A DNA stretch of 58,793 nucleotides, taken from IMG/VR virus record IMGVR_UViG_3300040971_000013. One strand, 5' to 3'. Below the pieces are notes generated by a model. The model made no database searches. It saw only the letters and a list, made by a program, of their open reading frames with translations, and was not told the DNA's origin. Positions within the stretch are counted from its first letter, which is position 1. Every line of letters begins with the position of its first letter. The stretch comes from an uncultured virus (IMG/VR IMGVR_UViG_3300040971_000013). Taxonomy: Duplodnaviria > Heunggongvirae > Uroviricota > Caudoviricetes. Below, in pieces: positions 8,176 to 16,657 of this stretch. Both the position numbers and the translations under genes were made by a program.

Positions 8176-8181
8176 TATCTA

Positions 8182-8210
8182 TTGACAGTTTATCTTAACT
8201 TAGATATTCT
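8182..8210 (+). promoter_or_regulatory. sigma70-type promoter upstream of tRNA(CAT)
   Basis: TTGACA-N17-TATTCT. Confidence 0.75.
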
Positions 8211-8230
8211 ATTCTCATCTGAAACCATAT

Positions 8231-8306
8231 TGCCGTATAGTTCAATTGGTAGAATCCCCGGCTCATAACCGGACAGTTCCAGATTCGAGTTCTGGTGCGG
8301 CAACCA
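8231..8306 (+). tRNA. tRNA with CAT anticodon (Met or Ile2)
   Basis: CCGG-CTCATAA-CCGG arm; TGCCGTA/TGCGGCA acceptor; CCA end. Confidence 0.9.
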
Positions 8307-8505
8307 AACCACGGAGTTTCAAATGAAACCATCTTATTACAAAACAGCTCGCCAAATTTCCACATCTCTTTTTGTTAAGATCATTTTCTATTCTGAAGAA
8401 ACTAATATGTTCTTTTGTGAAGTTCCTACCGATAATACATATACAACATATAATGAACACTGGTTGAGAGCAGATGAACTGTCTGACTTTTGTTTATAGG
8501 AGCGG

Positions 8506-8748
8506 TTGATGAATATTCTAAAAGCATCTTTTGAGTTTGTAGTATTGCTTTGTAAAAATCTGTTCATGTATTTGCTGCTTGGAACATTGTTTATATGTAG
8601 TCTTGCAGCTATTGTTGTAATAGTACATATGATCATGTATTACTTTTTTCCATATGATGTTGTTAAGCTTTTTGCTTCTATTGTCGGAGTGTTTGTTTAT
8701 CTGATTGTGTTTTGTACTGTTGTACAATTCAGAGAAAGGAGAGGTTAA
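8506..8748 (+). CDS. membrane protein
   Basis: two hydrophobic helices; AGGAG RBS. Confidence 0.6.
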   Translation: MMNILKASFEFVVLLCKNLFMYLLLGTLFICSLAAIVVIVHMIMYYFFPYDVVKLFASIVGVFVYLIVFCTVVQFRERRG

Positions 8749-9116
8749 TGTCATATTCTATCAAAATTGAATACACTACTGGTGATTCTTTCAGTTCAGC
8801 TGAAACTTCAACTATTCTTGAAGGAACTTGGACTAATATAAAAATCATAAAAAGAAATCTTCTACGCATTCAGAATCATTACAAGAAGTTCATTGAATTT
8901 AACCAGCAGAATATCAAAGAATGGTTGAAAGATATGCCAGAAGGTTGTGTCTATAAAGGAGTTGAGAAATATCCAGACAAATATTGTTTGTCTTTAGAAC
9001 TGCTGACAGACAATGGTGATCCTTGGGTGTTTTTTCCATATTGGTGTGGATATTTTGAATCATTGCATTCTGCTGAAATCATATATGTTGGTACAGATAC
9101 AAGGATTGAATTCTGA
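8748..9116 (+). CDS. hypothetical protein
   Basis: MSYSIKIEYTTGDSF...WCGYFE.L.SAEI; GGAGAGG RBS. Confidence 0.65.
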   Translation: MSYSIKIEYTTGDSFSSAETSTILEGTWTNIKIIKRNLLRIQNHYKKFIEFNQQNIKEWLKDMPEGCVYKGVEKYPDKYCLSLELLTDNGDPWVFFPYWCGYFESLHSAEIIYVGTDTRIEF

Positions 9117-9319
9117 TGAAAATAATTAAACATGGATCGCATTGTTATGATGGCACAGGATGGTTTACATGTCCATTCTGGAAACTGATTAATACAGAAA
9201 ATCAATTTGAAAGTAGATGTATGTTATTTGGTGGATCTGAAGGCGTAAAGAAGAATGCAAGCGAATCGTTGGTGATCTGCAATAAAGTTTATGGATCTCA
9301 CTATGAAGGAGCAGTATGA
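9116..9319 (+). CDS. small Cys-rich protein
   Basis: ORF coupled to neighbours. Confidence 0.55.
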   Translation: MKIIKHGSHCYDGTGWFTCPFWKLINTENQFESRCMLFGGSEGVKKNASESLVICNKVYGSHYEGAV

Positions 9320-9564
9320 AAGCTGAAAGATGCACTGACTATTGGATTTGTAACTGGTGTAGAGAAGAGATGGAAGAATCTCCGGATTTTGCTATTTATT
9401 TCAACAAAACAAATATGATGGCCCATGGAATAGGCGTAAACTTTTGTGATGACTTTCATTTTTGTTCAGACGCATGCATGATTGAATTTTTCAAGAATGC
9501 TCTAGAACGCGGACAGACGATTGCAAAGTTTGGAGATGAATTGAATCTTCAAGGCTATGTATAG
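9316..9564 (+). CDS. small zinc-binding protein
   Basis: CxxC...HFCSDAC. Confidence 0.6.
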   Translation: MKAERCTDYWICNWCREEMEESPDFAIYFNKTNMMAHGIGVNFCDDFHFCSDACMIEFFKNALERGQTIAKFGDELNLQGYV

Positions 9565-9573
9565 GAGATCTAT

Positions 9574-10002
9574 ATGCCTCTAATAGAAAACTGTCCGATG
9601 GAATTTGTTGTTAGTGGAACGCATAGACTCCAACCAAAGAATGCTGTTCTAATTCAAATAACAGATCCAGGATATATCAGACCAGTTCCATATTATAAGG
9701 ATCAATTTGTCAAAGTATTCCATTATGAATTCCATGATATAGATGATTCTTATAAGGATCTAGAACTGATTCCGTTCAATACAGAAATGGCATATGAGAT
9801 TCTTTCTATTATGGAATTCTGCCTCTATAAAAACTATGATCTGATTGTTCATTGTCATGCTGGTCTCTGTAGATCAGGAGCAATTGCAGAAGTAGGAATC
9901 ATGATGGGCTTTGAAGAAGTTCATGATAATAGAATGCCAAATGTATTAGTCAAAACAATGTTACTAAAAGAATTGGGGTGGTCTTATGAATCAGAATGTT
10001 GA
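9574..10002 (+). CDS. tyrosine/dual-specificity-type phosphatase
   Basis: VHCHAGLCRS (CX5R) loop; F.DID upstream. Confidence 0.85.
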   Translation: MPLIENCPMEFVVSGTHRLQPKNAVLIQITDPGYIRPVPYYKDQFVKVFHYEFHDIDDSYKDLELIPFNTEMAYEILSIMEFCLYKNYDLIVHCHAGLCRSGAIAEVGIMMGFEEVHDNRMPNVLVKTMLLKELGWSYESEC

Positions 10003-10237
10003 GAAATATGTCAATAGTCTTTCTCCGATGGTGATTGCTGATATTGTTATTTCATATGAAGGTTGTATGTATAGGAACTGGTGCACTCATGAAGGGACAG
10101 AATATGTTGTACATACTAAGAAGCTTCTAGAATTTTTGAAACTTGAGATTACTAATTCTCGAAGATTACATTATTCTGCAGAACTAGTAAGCGAATGCTA
10201 TCGATATTTAGCCCTTAAATATATTATAGAAAATTGA
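9986..10237 (+). CDS. hypothetical protein
   Basis: ORF in operon. Confidence 0.5.
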   Translation: MNQNVEKYVNSLSPMVIADIVISYEGCMYRNWCTHEGTEYVVHTKKLLEFLKLEITNSRRLHYSAELVSECYRYLALKYIIEN

Positions 10238-10250
10238 AATAGGAGTATCT

Positions 10251-11426
10251 ATGGCTTATCTTTATGTGTTGTTGATGTTTATTCTTTTACCGTTTCGAAT
10301 GGTTCTGAGTTTTATTACTCAGTTTTTCTGGTTTCCAACGTTCAAGCTAAACAAACAGCTTGACAACTTTGTAGTAACTGATGCTGATTATGCTAATATT
10401 ATAGAAAAGGCTAATAAAAATATTGAAGACGTTGGTGATGGTGGTGACGGTGCTAAGTTTCTGTCCTTCTATCATTTTGCTTCTCGTATTGATCCAGAGA
10501 ATGTTCCGCCGATTGATCATATGTATCGGTTCTATTATAAAGACAAAACATTTATGCGGCACTTTAATTTTGAAGACAATAAAGGTGGATCTAACTTCTC
10601 CGGTGATATGATGGCTGGAGTCATATTTGCTAGAGCAATCGATCTGATTCATGGTATTGATACTAAAGCTAAAGAATTTGCTCGGATCGTTAAGAACATC
10701 TCTCTCAAAGGGTTGCCTTTTACGTGTTTGCATCCTCATGGTGATCCGATTGAACGGGGATACATCTGGCCGTTATGGGGTGACGGCGCGGATGTTCTAA
10801 AGTGTGTGTCCATGCTAGATCTAGCAATTGCATCTGGTAAGCAGGCTGGAGAACCACAATATCAACTGATTCTACTTAAGTATCTAATCTTGATTACGAA
10901 TTTCCCTTTGTATATCTGGTCATATGATTCTGCTTTTCAGACTGACAAAGCGTATCTGACAAAGTGGTTTGGTCCTCATTCACGGTTTATGTATTTTACT
11001 AGTGGTTATATGACTACTGGTGCATGGTACTATAAGCTGGCAATGAAAAGATCATTTAAGAAATACGGTAAGATTGTTCCAGATATTGCTTATCTATATA
11101 AGTATGTATTTCCAAATGAAAAGGTTGATGTATCCCATGCCAACTATCTCGTAGATGATTATGTTAAGAACGGTAAAGGCACAGCGGTATATAATGGTCC
11201 TAAAGCTACAGTAACACATGTCGAGAACTGGTTGCTATGGTTATTCAAGAAAGAACCTTATAAAGTAGAACGTGCGACGATGGTTCTAGAAGCAAAGTAT
11301 AGATTTGAAACTTCTATATGGGAACGGGATCCATTCAAATTCAAAACGGGCGATCAGAATAGTAAACGTGCTAATTGTTTGGATATGATGCTAACGACTG
11401 CTCTTTCCCGAAAAATAAACAAATAA
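10251..11426 (+). CDS. hypothetical protein with N-terminal membrane segment
   Basis: 391-aa ORF; AGGAG RBS. Confidence 0.7.
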   Translation: MAYLYVLLMFILLPFRMVLSFITQFFWFPTFKLNKQLDNFVVTDADYANIIEKANKNIEDVGDGGDGAKFLSFYHFASRIDPENVPPIDHMYRFYYKDKTFMRHFNFEDNKGGSNFSGDMMAGVIFARAIDLIHGIDTKAKEFARIVKNISLKGLPFTCLHPHGDPIERGYIWPLWGDGADVLKCVSMLDLAIASGKQAGEPQYQLILLKYLILITNFPLYIWSYDSAFQTDKAYLTKWFGPHSRFMYFTSGYMTTGAWYYKLAMKRSFKKYGKIVPDIAYLYKYVFPNEKVDVSHANYLVDDYVKNGKGTAVYNGPKATVTHVENWLLWLFKKEPYKVERATMVLEAKYRFETSIWERDPFKFKTGDQNSKRANCLDMMLTTALSRKINK

Positions 11427-11431
11427 ACTGA

Positions 11432-11493
11432 TTGACAGAACTCCTTGGTTGAGTTATTCTAAACTCAATTGAACAACATAAACCAAGGAGTTT
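11432..11493 (+). promoter_or_regulatory. early promoter stem-loop cassette (PeSL-like), copy 2
   Basis: TTGACA-N17-TATTCT; 54-bp core identical to 7030-7083. Confidence 0.85.
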
Positions 11494-11497
11494 GAAA

Positions 11498-11818
11498 ATG
11501 GGTAAGTACGATCATCAGGGTTCATTTACATTCTGGGGAAATCGGATCTTCGAACTTCCAGAAGGTCTCGGACTCAATGTCAATTATAGTATGTACTCTC
11601 CTCAAGTAGAATACATTTCTATTGATGAACTTGGAATAGTGTGTGATGATATCGAGACTCAAGTCGATCCAAGGGAATTCACACGGATAGAGGAAGTCAT
11701 CAAACCTCTTAAACACCCTTTGCATGAAAGCAATGTTTTGATTGAGTTCTTTTCTCTGATAACAGAACTTCAGATCGAAGCATGGGAAGATTTTCAATCA
11801 AAAAGGAAGGCAATCTAA
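11498..11818 (+). CDS. hypothetical protein
   Basis: ATG after cassette RBS. Confidence 0.6.
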   Translation: MGKYDHQGSFTFWGNRIFELPEGLGLNVNYSMYSPQVEYISIDELGIVCDDIETQVDPREFTRIEEVIKPLKHPLHESNVLIEFFSLITELQIEAWEDFQSKRKAI

Positions 11819-12090
11819 TGGCTACTTTTACTTATGCTGATATGATTAATTCGGCTACTATGTTGGAACTTTTTACTTTGATAGAAAATGGGCCTTCTTT
11901 GACTAACAAGATAGATGAATTCTTTTTCGTCTATATTGATGGTCATTATGATGTTGCTCCAATGCACTATCCGATGCAATCTCTTTGTAAAGTTCTTGAA
12001 AATAAAACAACTATTGACGAAATTGTTGAGTTGTACGGACTGGAGATGGTCGATCTGATTCGGTTCATGTGCGGAGATTGTCTATTTTGA
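11818..12090 (+). CDS. hypothetical protein
   Basis: TAATG coupling. Confidence 0.55.
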   Translation: MATFTYADMINSATMLELFTLIENGPSLTNKIDEFFFVYIDGHYDVAPMHYPMQSLCKVLENKTTIDEIVELYGLEMVDLIRFMCGDCLF

Positions 12091-12271
12091 TAAATAGATA
12101 TCAGAGGTATACACATGGAACCAAAAGTTTTAGAAAAATTGCAGATTTGTGATATTCATTCAAAAGAACATACTGAACTAATGATCAGAATTGTCGAGTT
12201 GCTTAGTTCTATTGATACACAAATCAAAGGCTTGGAAGAATCTATAACTGCTGCTCATAAGAGGATCGAGA

Positions 12272-12475
12272 ATGGAAATCAGGTGCACTGAATGTAATGT
12301 TCATCTCGGAGAAATCACTGGGAAGATCCGTTTGTCTATTACTAACTATATCTGTTCAAACTGTCTTAAGAAACTAAAAGCAATAAACTCTTTGAAGAAC
12401 GCGTACACAGGATCGCACTCTATGGATTATGGAGATCTCTTCGGTGGAATGTTTGGCGATAAATTTAGACGTTGA
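12272..12475 (+). CDS. zinc-ribbon protein
   Basis: two CxxC motifs. Confidence 0.6.
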   Translation: MEIRCTECNVHLGEITGKIRLSITNYICSNCLKKLKAINSLKNAYTGSHSMDYGDLFGGMFGDKFRR

Positions 12476-12500
12476 CAGATCCGAATCGTTTGGGTATATT
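12472..12500 (+). promoter_or_regulatory. sigma70-type early promoter
   Basis: TTGACA-N17-TATATT with short inverted repeat around -10. Confidence 0.7.
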
Positions 12501-12521
12501 GATCCCAACAAAGGAGCTTAT

Positions 12522-12836
12522 ATGAAAAAGATCAAGACTATTATCATCTCATGTCTGTTGGTTGTTTGTCTTCAGACATCGGCGTTTGCATGGGGAGCGT
12601 TGGAGCAAGGCATCTTATGGGGCGTCGGCGGGACTATTGTAACTCAGCAATTGCTTCGTCCTCAGGTTGTTCATGTTCATCCGGCATATCAATACAATCA
12701 ATCCTATTTCCCATACACCCGGAGATACGTTGAACCGTATCATGCTCCTCGTCCCATAGAACCAATCTACAGGGAGACTGAAGCATATGATCCTGCTTGT
12801 GGTTGCTATAAGCGGGTCTTCGTAAGAATTAACTAA
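12522..12836 (+). CDS. secreted hypothetical protein
   Basis: signal peptide ending AFA; AAGGAG RBS. Confidence 0.65.
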   Translation: MKKIKTIIISCLLVVCLQTSAFAWGALEQGILWGVGGTIVTQQLLRPQVVHVHPAYQYNQSYFPYTRRYVEPYHAPRPIEPIYRETEAYDPACGCYKRVFVRIN

Positions 12837-12860
12837 AACAATACTATCTGGAGGCATTTA

Positions 12861-13121
12861 GTGGATATTCTTTGTCCTTATTGTAATGCGGACGCTGATC
12901 AGATTTTGATTACTGCATTAGATAAAGAAGCGTGCTGGTGTGATGAATATGGTGTTTACTATAAGAAAGTTCTGAATGCTACTCCAGAAGAAATGGATCT
13001 TGCTATCTACTCAAGGAACTATTGTTTCAAGTGTTGCGTCTGTGGATCTCTTCTACAACATTCATATGTAAACCATCATTATATCCATGAACGTGAGCGG
13101 AATCAAGGTAAAGCAGCATGA
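12861..13121 (+). CDS. zinc-finger hypothetical protein
   Basis: CPYC...CCVC; GGAGG RBS, GTG start. Confidence 0.55.
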   Translation: MDILCPYCNADADQILITALDKEACWCDEYGVYYKKVLNATPEEMDLAIYSRNYCFKCCVCGSLLQHSYVNHHYIHERERNQGKAA

Positions 13122-13363
13122 TCAAAAGATACTGGTATGAAATCATTACTCCTCTTGGAACATTTAAGTCAGATGCTGCAATGTATACAGAAGAAACATT
13201 GGAAAGAGCTAAAAAGTATATAACTGGTGTATGTCAAGATGTTGCAAATCCAAACTTGTCTTCTTCACATTGGTTCATTATAAACAAAGATCGAGTATAC
13301 TTTCCTGATACTATTCTTGCTAACAGTATCATTAAAATTAAAACTGGAGTCAAGTGGTGGTAA
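13118..13363 (+). CDS. hypothetical protein
   Basis: ATGA overlap. Confidence 0.55.
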   Translation: MIKRYWYEIITPLGTFKSDAAMYTEETLERAKKYITGVCQDVANPNLSSSHWFIINKDRVYFPDTILANSIIKIKTGVKWW

Positions 13364-13375
13364 TAATGGAAACTT

Positions 13376-14080
13376 ATGTACGCTAATCACAAACCAAAGA
13401 ACCGATATAAACGACCGAAACTGAATAAGACTTTTCTATTTTTGTTTGTTTTCGTTGTATTGTCATTAGGATATTTCCATGTTTTGACTGATGATCTAGT
13501 AAAGAAGCACAAAGCTGGAGTAGAAACGGCATATGAATCAGGATATGAACAGGCTGTAGAAGAATATAAGAATGATTATAGAATGGCTCATGAGATCATG
13601 ACAGCTTTCTATGAGCATACTGATAATTCTTTCAATCAATATGTCCTATCTGAAAACAGAATACGAAAGATCATTGCTTTTTCTAATCCATCTCTAGACG
13701 AGAAAGTCATACAAGAATATATTGTTGCTATCAATAAATGGTCTAGGCACTATGAACTTTCTCCGATCTTTGTTGCAGCAGTGATTCATAAAGAATCAAA
13801 TTTCAAAAAGAATGCTGTCTCAAAGATCGGATGTCGAGGACCTCTACAAGTATATCCAAAATTCCATAAAGAAAAACTGAAAGAGATCGGAATCAAATCA
13901 AAAGATCTTCATGATATAGATCATGGTATTCATATTGGCACTATGATCCTCAAAGAATATCTAATGCAATGTGACTATGATTACCGAGCAGCTCTGACAA
14001 AATTTGGTGGGTTCGTCAATTCTGATTCTACTGACTATGTAAACGGAGTCTTTGAGGTTGCTATCTCTGCCTATAAATAA
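13376..14080 (+). CDS. membrane-anchored lytic transglycosylase (SLT)
   Basis: AVIHKESNF..NAVS..GC.GPLQV; N-terminal TM helix. Confidence 0.9.
   Translation: MYANHKPKNRYKRPKLNKTFLFLFVFVVLSLGYFHVLTDDLVKKHKAGVETAYESGYEQAVEEYKNDYRMAHEIMTAFYEHTDNSFNQYVLSENRIRKIIAFSNPSLDEKVIQEYIVAINKWSRHYELSPIFVAAVIHKESNFKKNAVSKIGCRGPLQVYPKFHKEKLKEIGIKSKDLHDIDHGIHIGTMILKEYLMQCDYDYRAALTKFGGFVNSDSTDYVNGVFEVAISAYK
14072..14079 (+). promoter_or_regulatory. T4-type late promoter
   Basis: TATAAATA directly upstream of endolysin. Confidence 0.75.
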
Positions 14081-14099
14081 TTATATAGGAGAATAGCTC

Positions 14100-14666
14100 A
14101 TGGCACAATATGAAAAGATTATTCCTTTTGTACTGAGATATGAAGGGATCGACACTGTAACAGATGACAAGCATGACAAGGGCGGAAAGACCAAATACGG
14201 CATCTCTCTGAAATATGCTCAGCAATCAAAACATAAAAGAATTCTAGACAAAGACAAGAACGGTATTATCGATGGAAAAGACATTGAGCTTTTAGAACTT
14301 GATGACGCTCTTGCCCTCTACAAGTTAGATTTCTGGGATGTTGCTCGTCTTGATCAGTTATCGTCCAATAAAAAAGCATTTGTCTTTTTTGATATGATAG
14401 TCAACTCAGGTCTACGAAATGCTACTGGAGTTCTACAGAGAGCTCTACAAGATCTTGGTCATTCTATTACAGTTGATATGTCTTTTGGACCAAAGACGTT
14501 TGCACATCTAGAAGAAGCTGATGAAAATCGGTTGATTGCAAAATTCCTAGAACTTCGAGAACGGTTCTTTAGACGTATTGTTGAAAGAGATCCTACTCAG
14601 AAAAGATTCATCAATGGATGGCTAAATAGACTAGATTGGATTCGTCGAGATATCAACAAAGTTTAG
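14100..14666 (+). CDS. endolysin, GH108 with peptidoglycan-binding domain
   Basis: EG...D..DKGGKTKYGIS; FD..VNSG; F..GWLNR. Confidence 0.92.
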   Translation: MAQYEKIIPFVLRYEGIDTVTDDKHDKGGKTKYGISLKYAQQSKHKRILDKDKNGIIDGKDIELLELDDALALYKLDFWDVARLDQLSSNKKAFVFFDMIVNSGLRNATGVLQRALQDLGHSITVDMSFGPKTFAHLEEADENRLIAKFLELRERFFRRIVERDPTQKRFINGWLNRLDWIRRDINKV

Positions 14667-14674
14667 GAGACACT

Positions 14675-15082
14675 ATGAATTTTCTAAACTTTGAGATGAT
14701 GTATCAGATCATCATCATCAATCTCTCTGTTGGATTTGTTTCTGTTATATTGTTTTCACTATACAGAAATAGATCCAACATTAATTTCTCTCAGATTCTA
14801 ATGAGGGAAAATCGAATCTCCAAGGTTGGTGTCGGATTCATTTTTGTGATGCTGTTAGTGGTTTATCAGACTCTTACTGATAAGGAAATTGACGGATCAT
14901 TGGTTCAATTACTTATGGTCATATTCGGAGCTGAGATTACTGGTAAGTGGGTTGATACAAGATCCTCATCTAATGACTTCTTTGATTCAGGATATGGTAA
15001 TACTCGTAAAAGAAATCGACGTCCTTTAGATGACACTAGAAAGCATTCTGAAATGGATGTAGACGATATAAACAGTTTATAA
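14675..15082 (+). CDS. putative holin
   Basis: 2-3 TM segments, charged C-terminus, next to endolysin. Confidence 0.55.
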   Translation: MNFLNFEMMYQIIIINLSVGFVSVILFSLYRNRSNINFSQILMRENRISKVGVGFIFVMLLVVYQTLTDKEIDGSLVQLLMVIFGAEITGKWVDTRSSSNDFFDSGYGNTRKRNRRPLDDTRKHSEMDVDDINSL

Positions 15083-15091
15083 GGAATAGAC

Positions 15092-15997
15092 ATGTCTTTT
15101 AGAACAATAATCAATTCTTATATCAGTCAAATCAATGCAGGTAAAAGCAGATATGAGTCAATGTCTCATGTATCTCCAAGCTCTACTATTGCAGCTGTTA
15201 ATCTTATTTTGAATAATGCTGCTAATGCTATTGAATCTGGAATAGATTCAATGTTTGACGATCCAGATATTACATCAGGAAGCAAATTAAACTTCTTGAT
15301 TCTTAATGGATATTCTGAAGCATTCAAAGAAGCTGAAAGCTGGCATGTTGGTCCTGATAATTTTACTCTAGAACCAAACTATTATCAATGTAGAGGATTG
15401 TTCTATAGATTAGCTGATATTGGAACAGCTGGTAGATATCTTTCTAATTATTCATATGCTGTATCAAATTGTGTACAGATTATGGCTAATTTCCAAGATA
15501 TGTATAATATTTTTGTCATGCCTCCAGAAGGAGTTTCCAAATTAGATGAATTCTGGTTGGTCTATGCTGCGGATTTCAATACACAAATGATATCTGCTAT
15601 AGATATATTTGATACATTAAAAAATGACTTTTTGTCTATTCCCGGATTAGTTAATTCATATAAAGAACTGGCCGAGGCTGTCAATATGTCTATTGCTATC
15701 GGTAATACGTTTATTGAAAGTATCAACAAAGAAGCTTCTTCCGGTACTATCTTGTCTCAGTCATTTGCAAATATAGGATCTTCTTTCGTTCTATATAATA
15801 ATTCTATCCAACAGATCTATAATATTCATATTCAGTCTATCACAGAAAATCAAAATTCAAAAAACTATCCGCCTGATACTTACAATACTAATCTAAAGCG
15901 GATTCAGAAAGCAAAGATTCTGAACTTTGCTTTGTTCTTCAATATCTCTACGTCTATACATAATAGTATTTCAAATCTCATTTCTAAATATAGCTAA
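15092..15997 (+). CDS. hypothetical protein
   Basis: 301-aa ORF with RBS. Confidence 0.65.
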   Translation: MSFRTIINSYISQINAGKSRYESMSHVSPSSTIAAVNLILNNAANAIESGIDSMFDDPDITSGSKLNFLILNGYSEAFKEAESWHVGPDNFTLEPNYYQCRGLFYRLADIGTAGRYLSNYSYAVSNCVQIMANFQDMYNIFVMPPEGVSKLDEFWLVYAADFNTQMISAIDIFDTLKNDFLSIPGLVNSYKELAEAVNMSIAIGNTFIESINKEASSGTILSQSFANIGSSFVLYNNSIQQIYNIHIQSITENQNSKNYPPDTYNTNLKRIQKAKILNFALFFNISTSIHNSISNLISKYS

Positions 15998-16003
15998 TAA
16001 TGA

Positions 16004-16032
16004 TTGACAGATGATTAGATCTGTTGTAGTCT
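16004..16032 (+). promoter_or_regulatory. sigma70-type early promoter
   Basis: TTGACA-N17-TAGTCT. Confidence 0.65.
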
Positions 16033-16058
16033 AAACAAATCAAATAAACGGAGGCAAA

Positions 16059-16646
16059 ATGTTTATATTTGTAGACTGTGAAACTCTCGGTAAGAAAGAA
16101 GCATCTATTATTCTTTCTATCGGACTGATTGCTTGCCCAGACGACTATACTATGAAATCTTTCAAAGATGCAGTATATGATGGTCTCTATATTACTCTGT
16201 CTAAAAAAGAACAATATGATCTCGGGCGGACTGTTGACCAAAGTACTCTAGATTGGTGGGACAAACAAGGATCTGAAGCAAAGAACGTATTAAATCCAAC
16301 TAAGACTCTACCGTTGAAGAATTTCAACCAGACAGTTTGGAGCTATCTAAATTCAAAAGGTTTCAATAAAAAGACAGCAAAGATCTGGTCTCGGGGAATG
16401 ATTGACGCTAAATGGTGGCATCATCTTTATGACTATACTCTCCCACAGGTTGACACAAAAGCAATGAATCCCTTTGACTTTTGGATGTGGCGGGATACAC
16501 GAACCGCTCTAGAACTCGTACATGGTGATCCAAATGGACAGCCTATGAATGTTCTAGTCAAAAAAGACGAATTCATCAAACACAATGCGCTTCATGATGC
16601 TGCTCTAGATTGCTGGAGAATGTATCTTGGTGACGCTCCTTTCTAG
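16059..16646 (+). CDS. dexA: DEDDh 3'-5' exonuclease (DexA-like)
   Basis: VDCETLG, T..WW.KQ, RDTRT, HNALHDA. Confidence 0.85.
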   Translation: MFIFVDCETLGKKEASIILSIGLIACPDDYTMKSFKDAVYDGLYITLSKKEQYDLGRTVDQSTLDWWDKQGSEAKNVLNPTKTLPLKNFNQTVWSYLNSKGFNKKTAKIWSRGMIDAKWWHHLYDYTLPQVDTKAMNPFDFWMWRDTRTALELVHGDPNGQPMNVLVKKDEFIKHNALHDAALDCWRMYLGDAPF

Positions 16647-16657
16647 GAGGCCTTTCT

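Noticed and set aside
7285..8460. ORFs at 7285-7605, 7304-7516, 7704-7901 and 8263-8460
   Set aside because: They overlap tRNA genes and are spurious.
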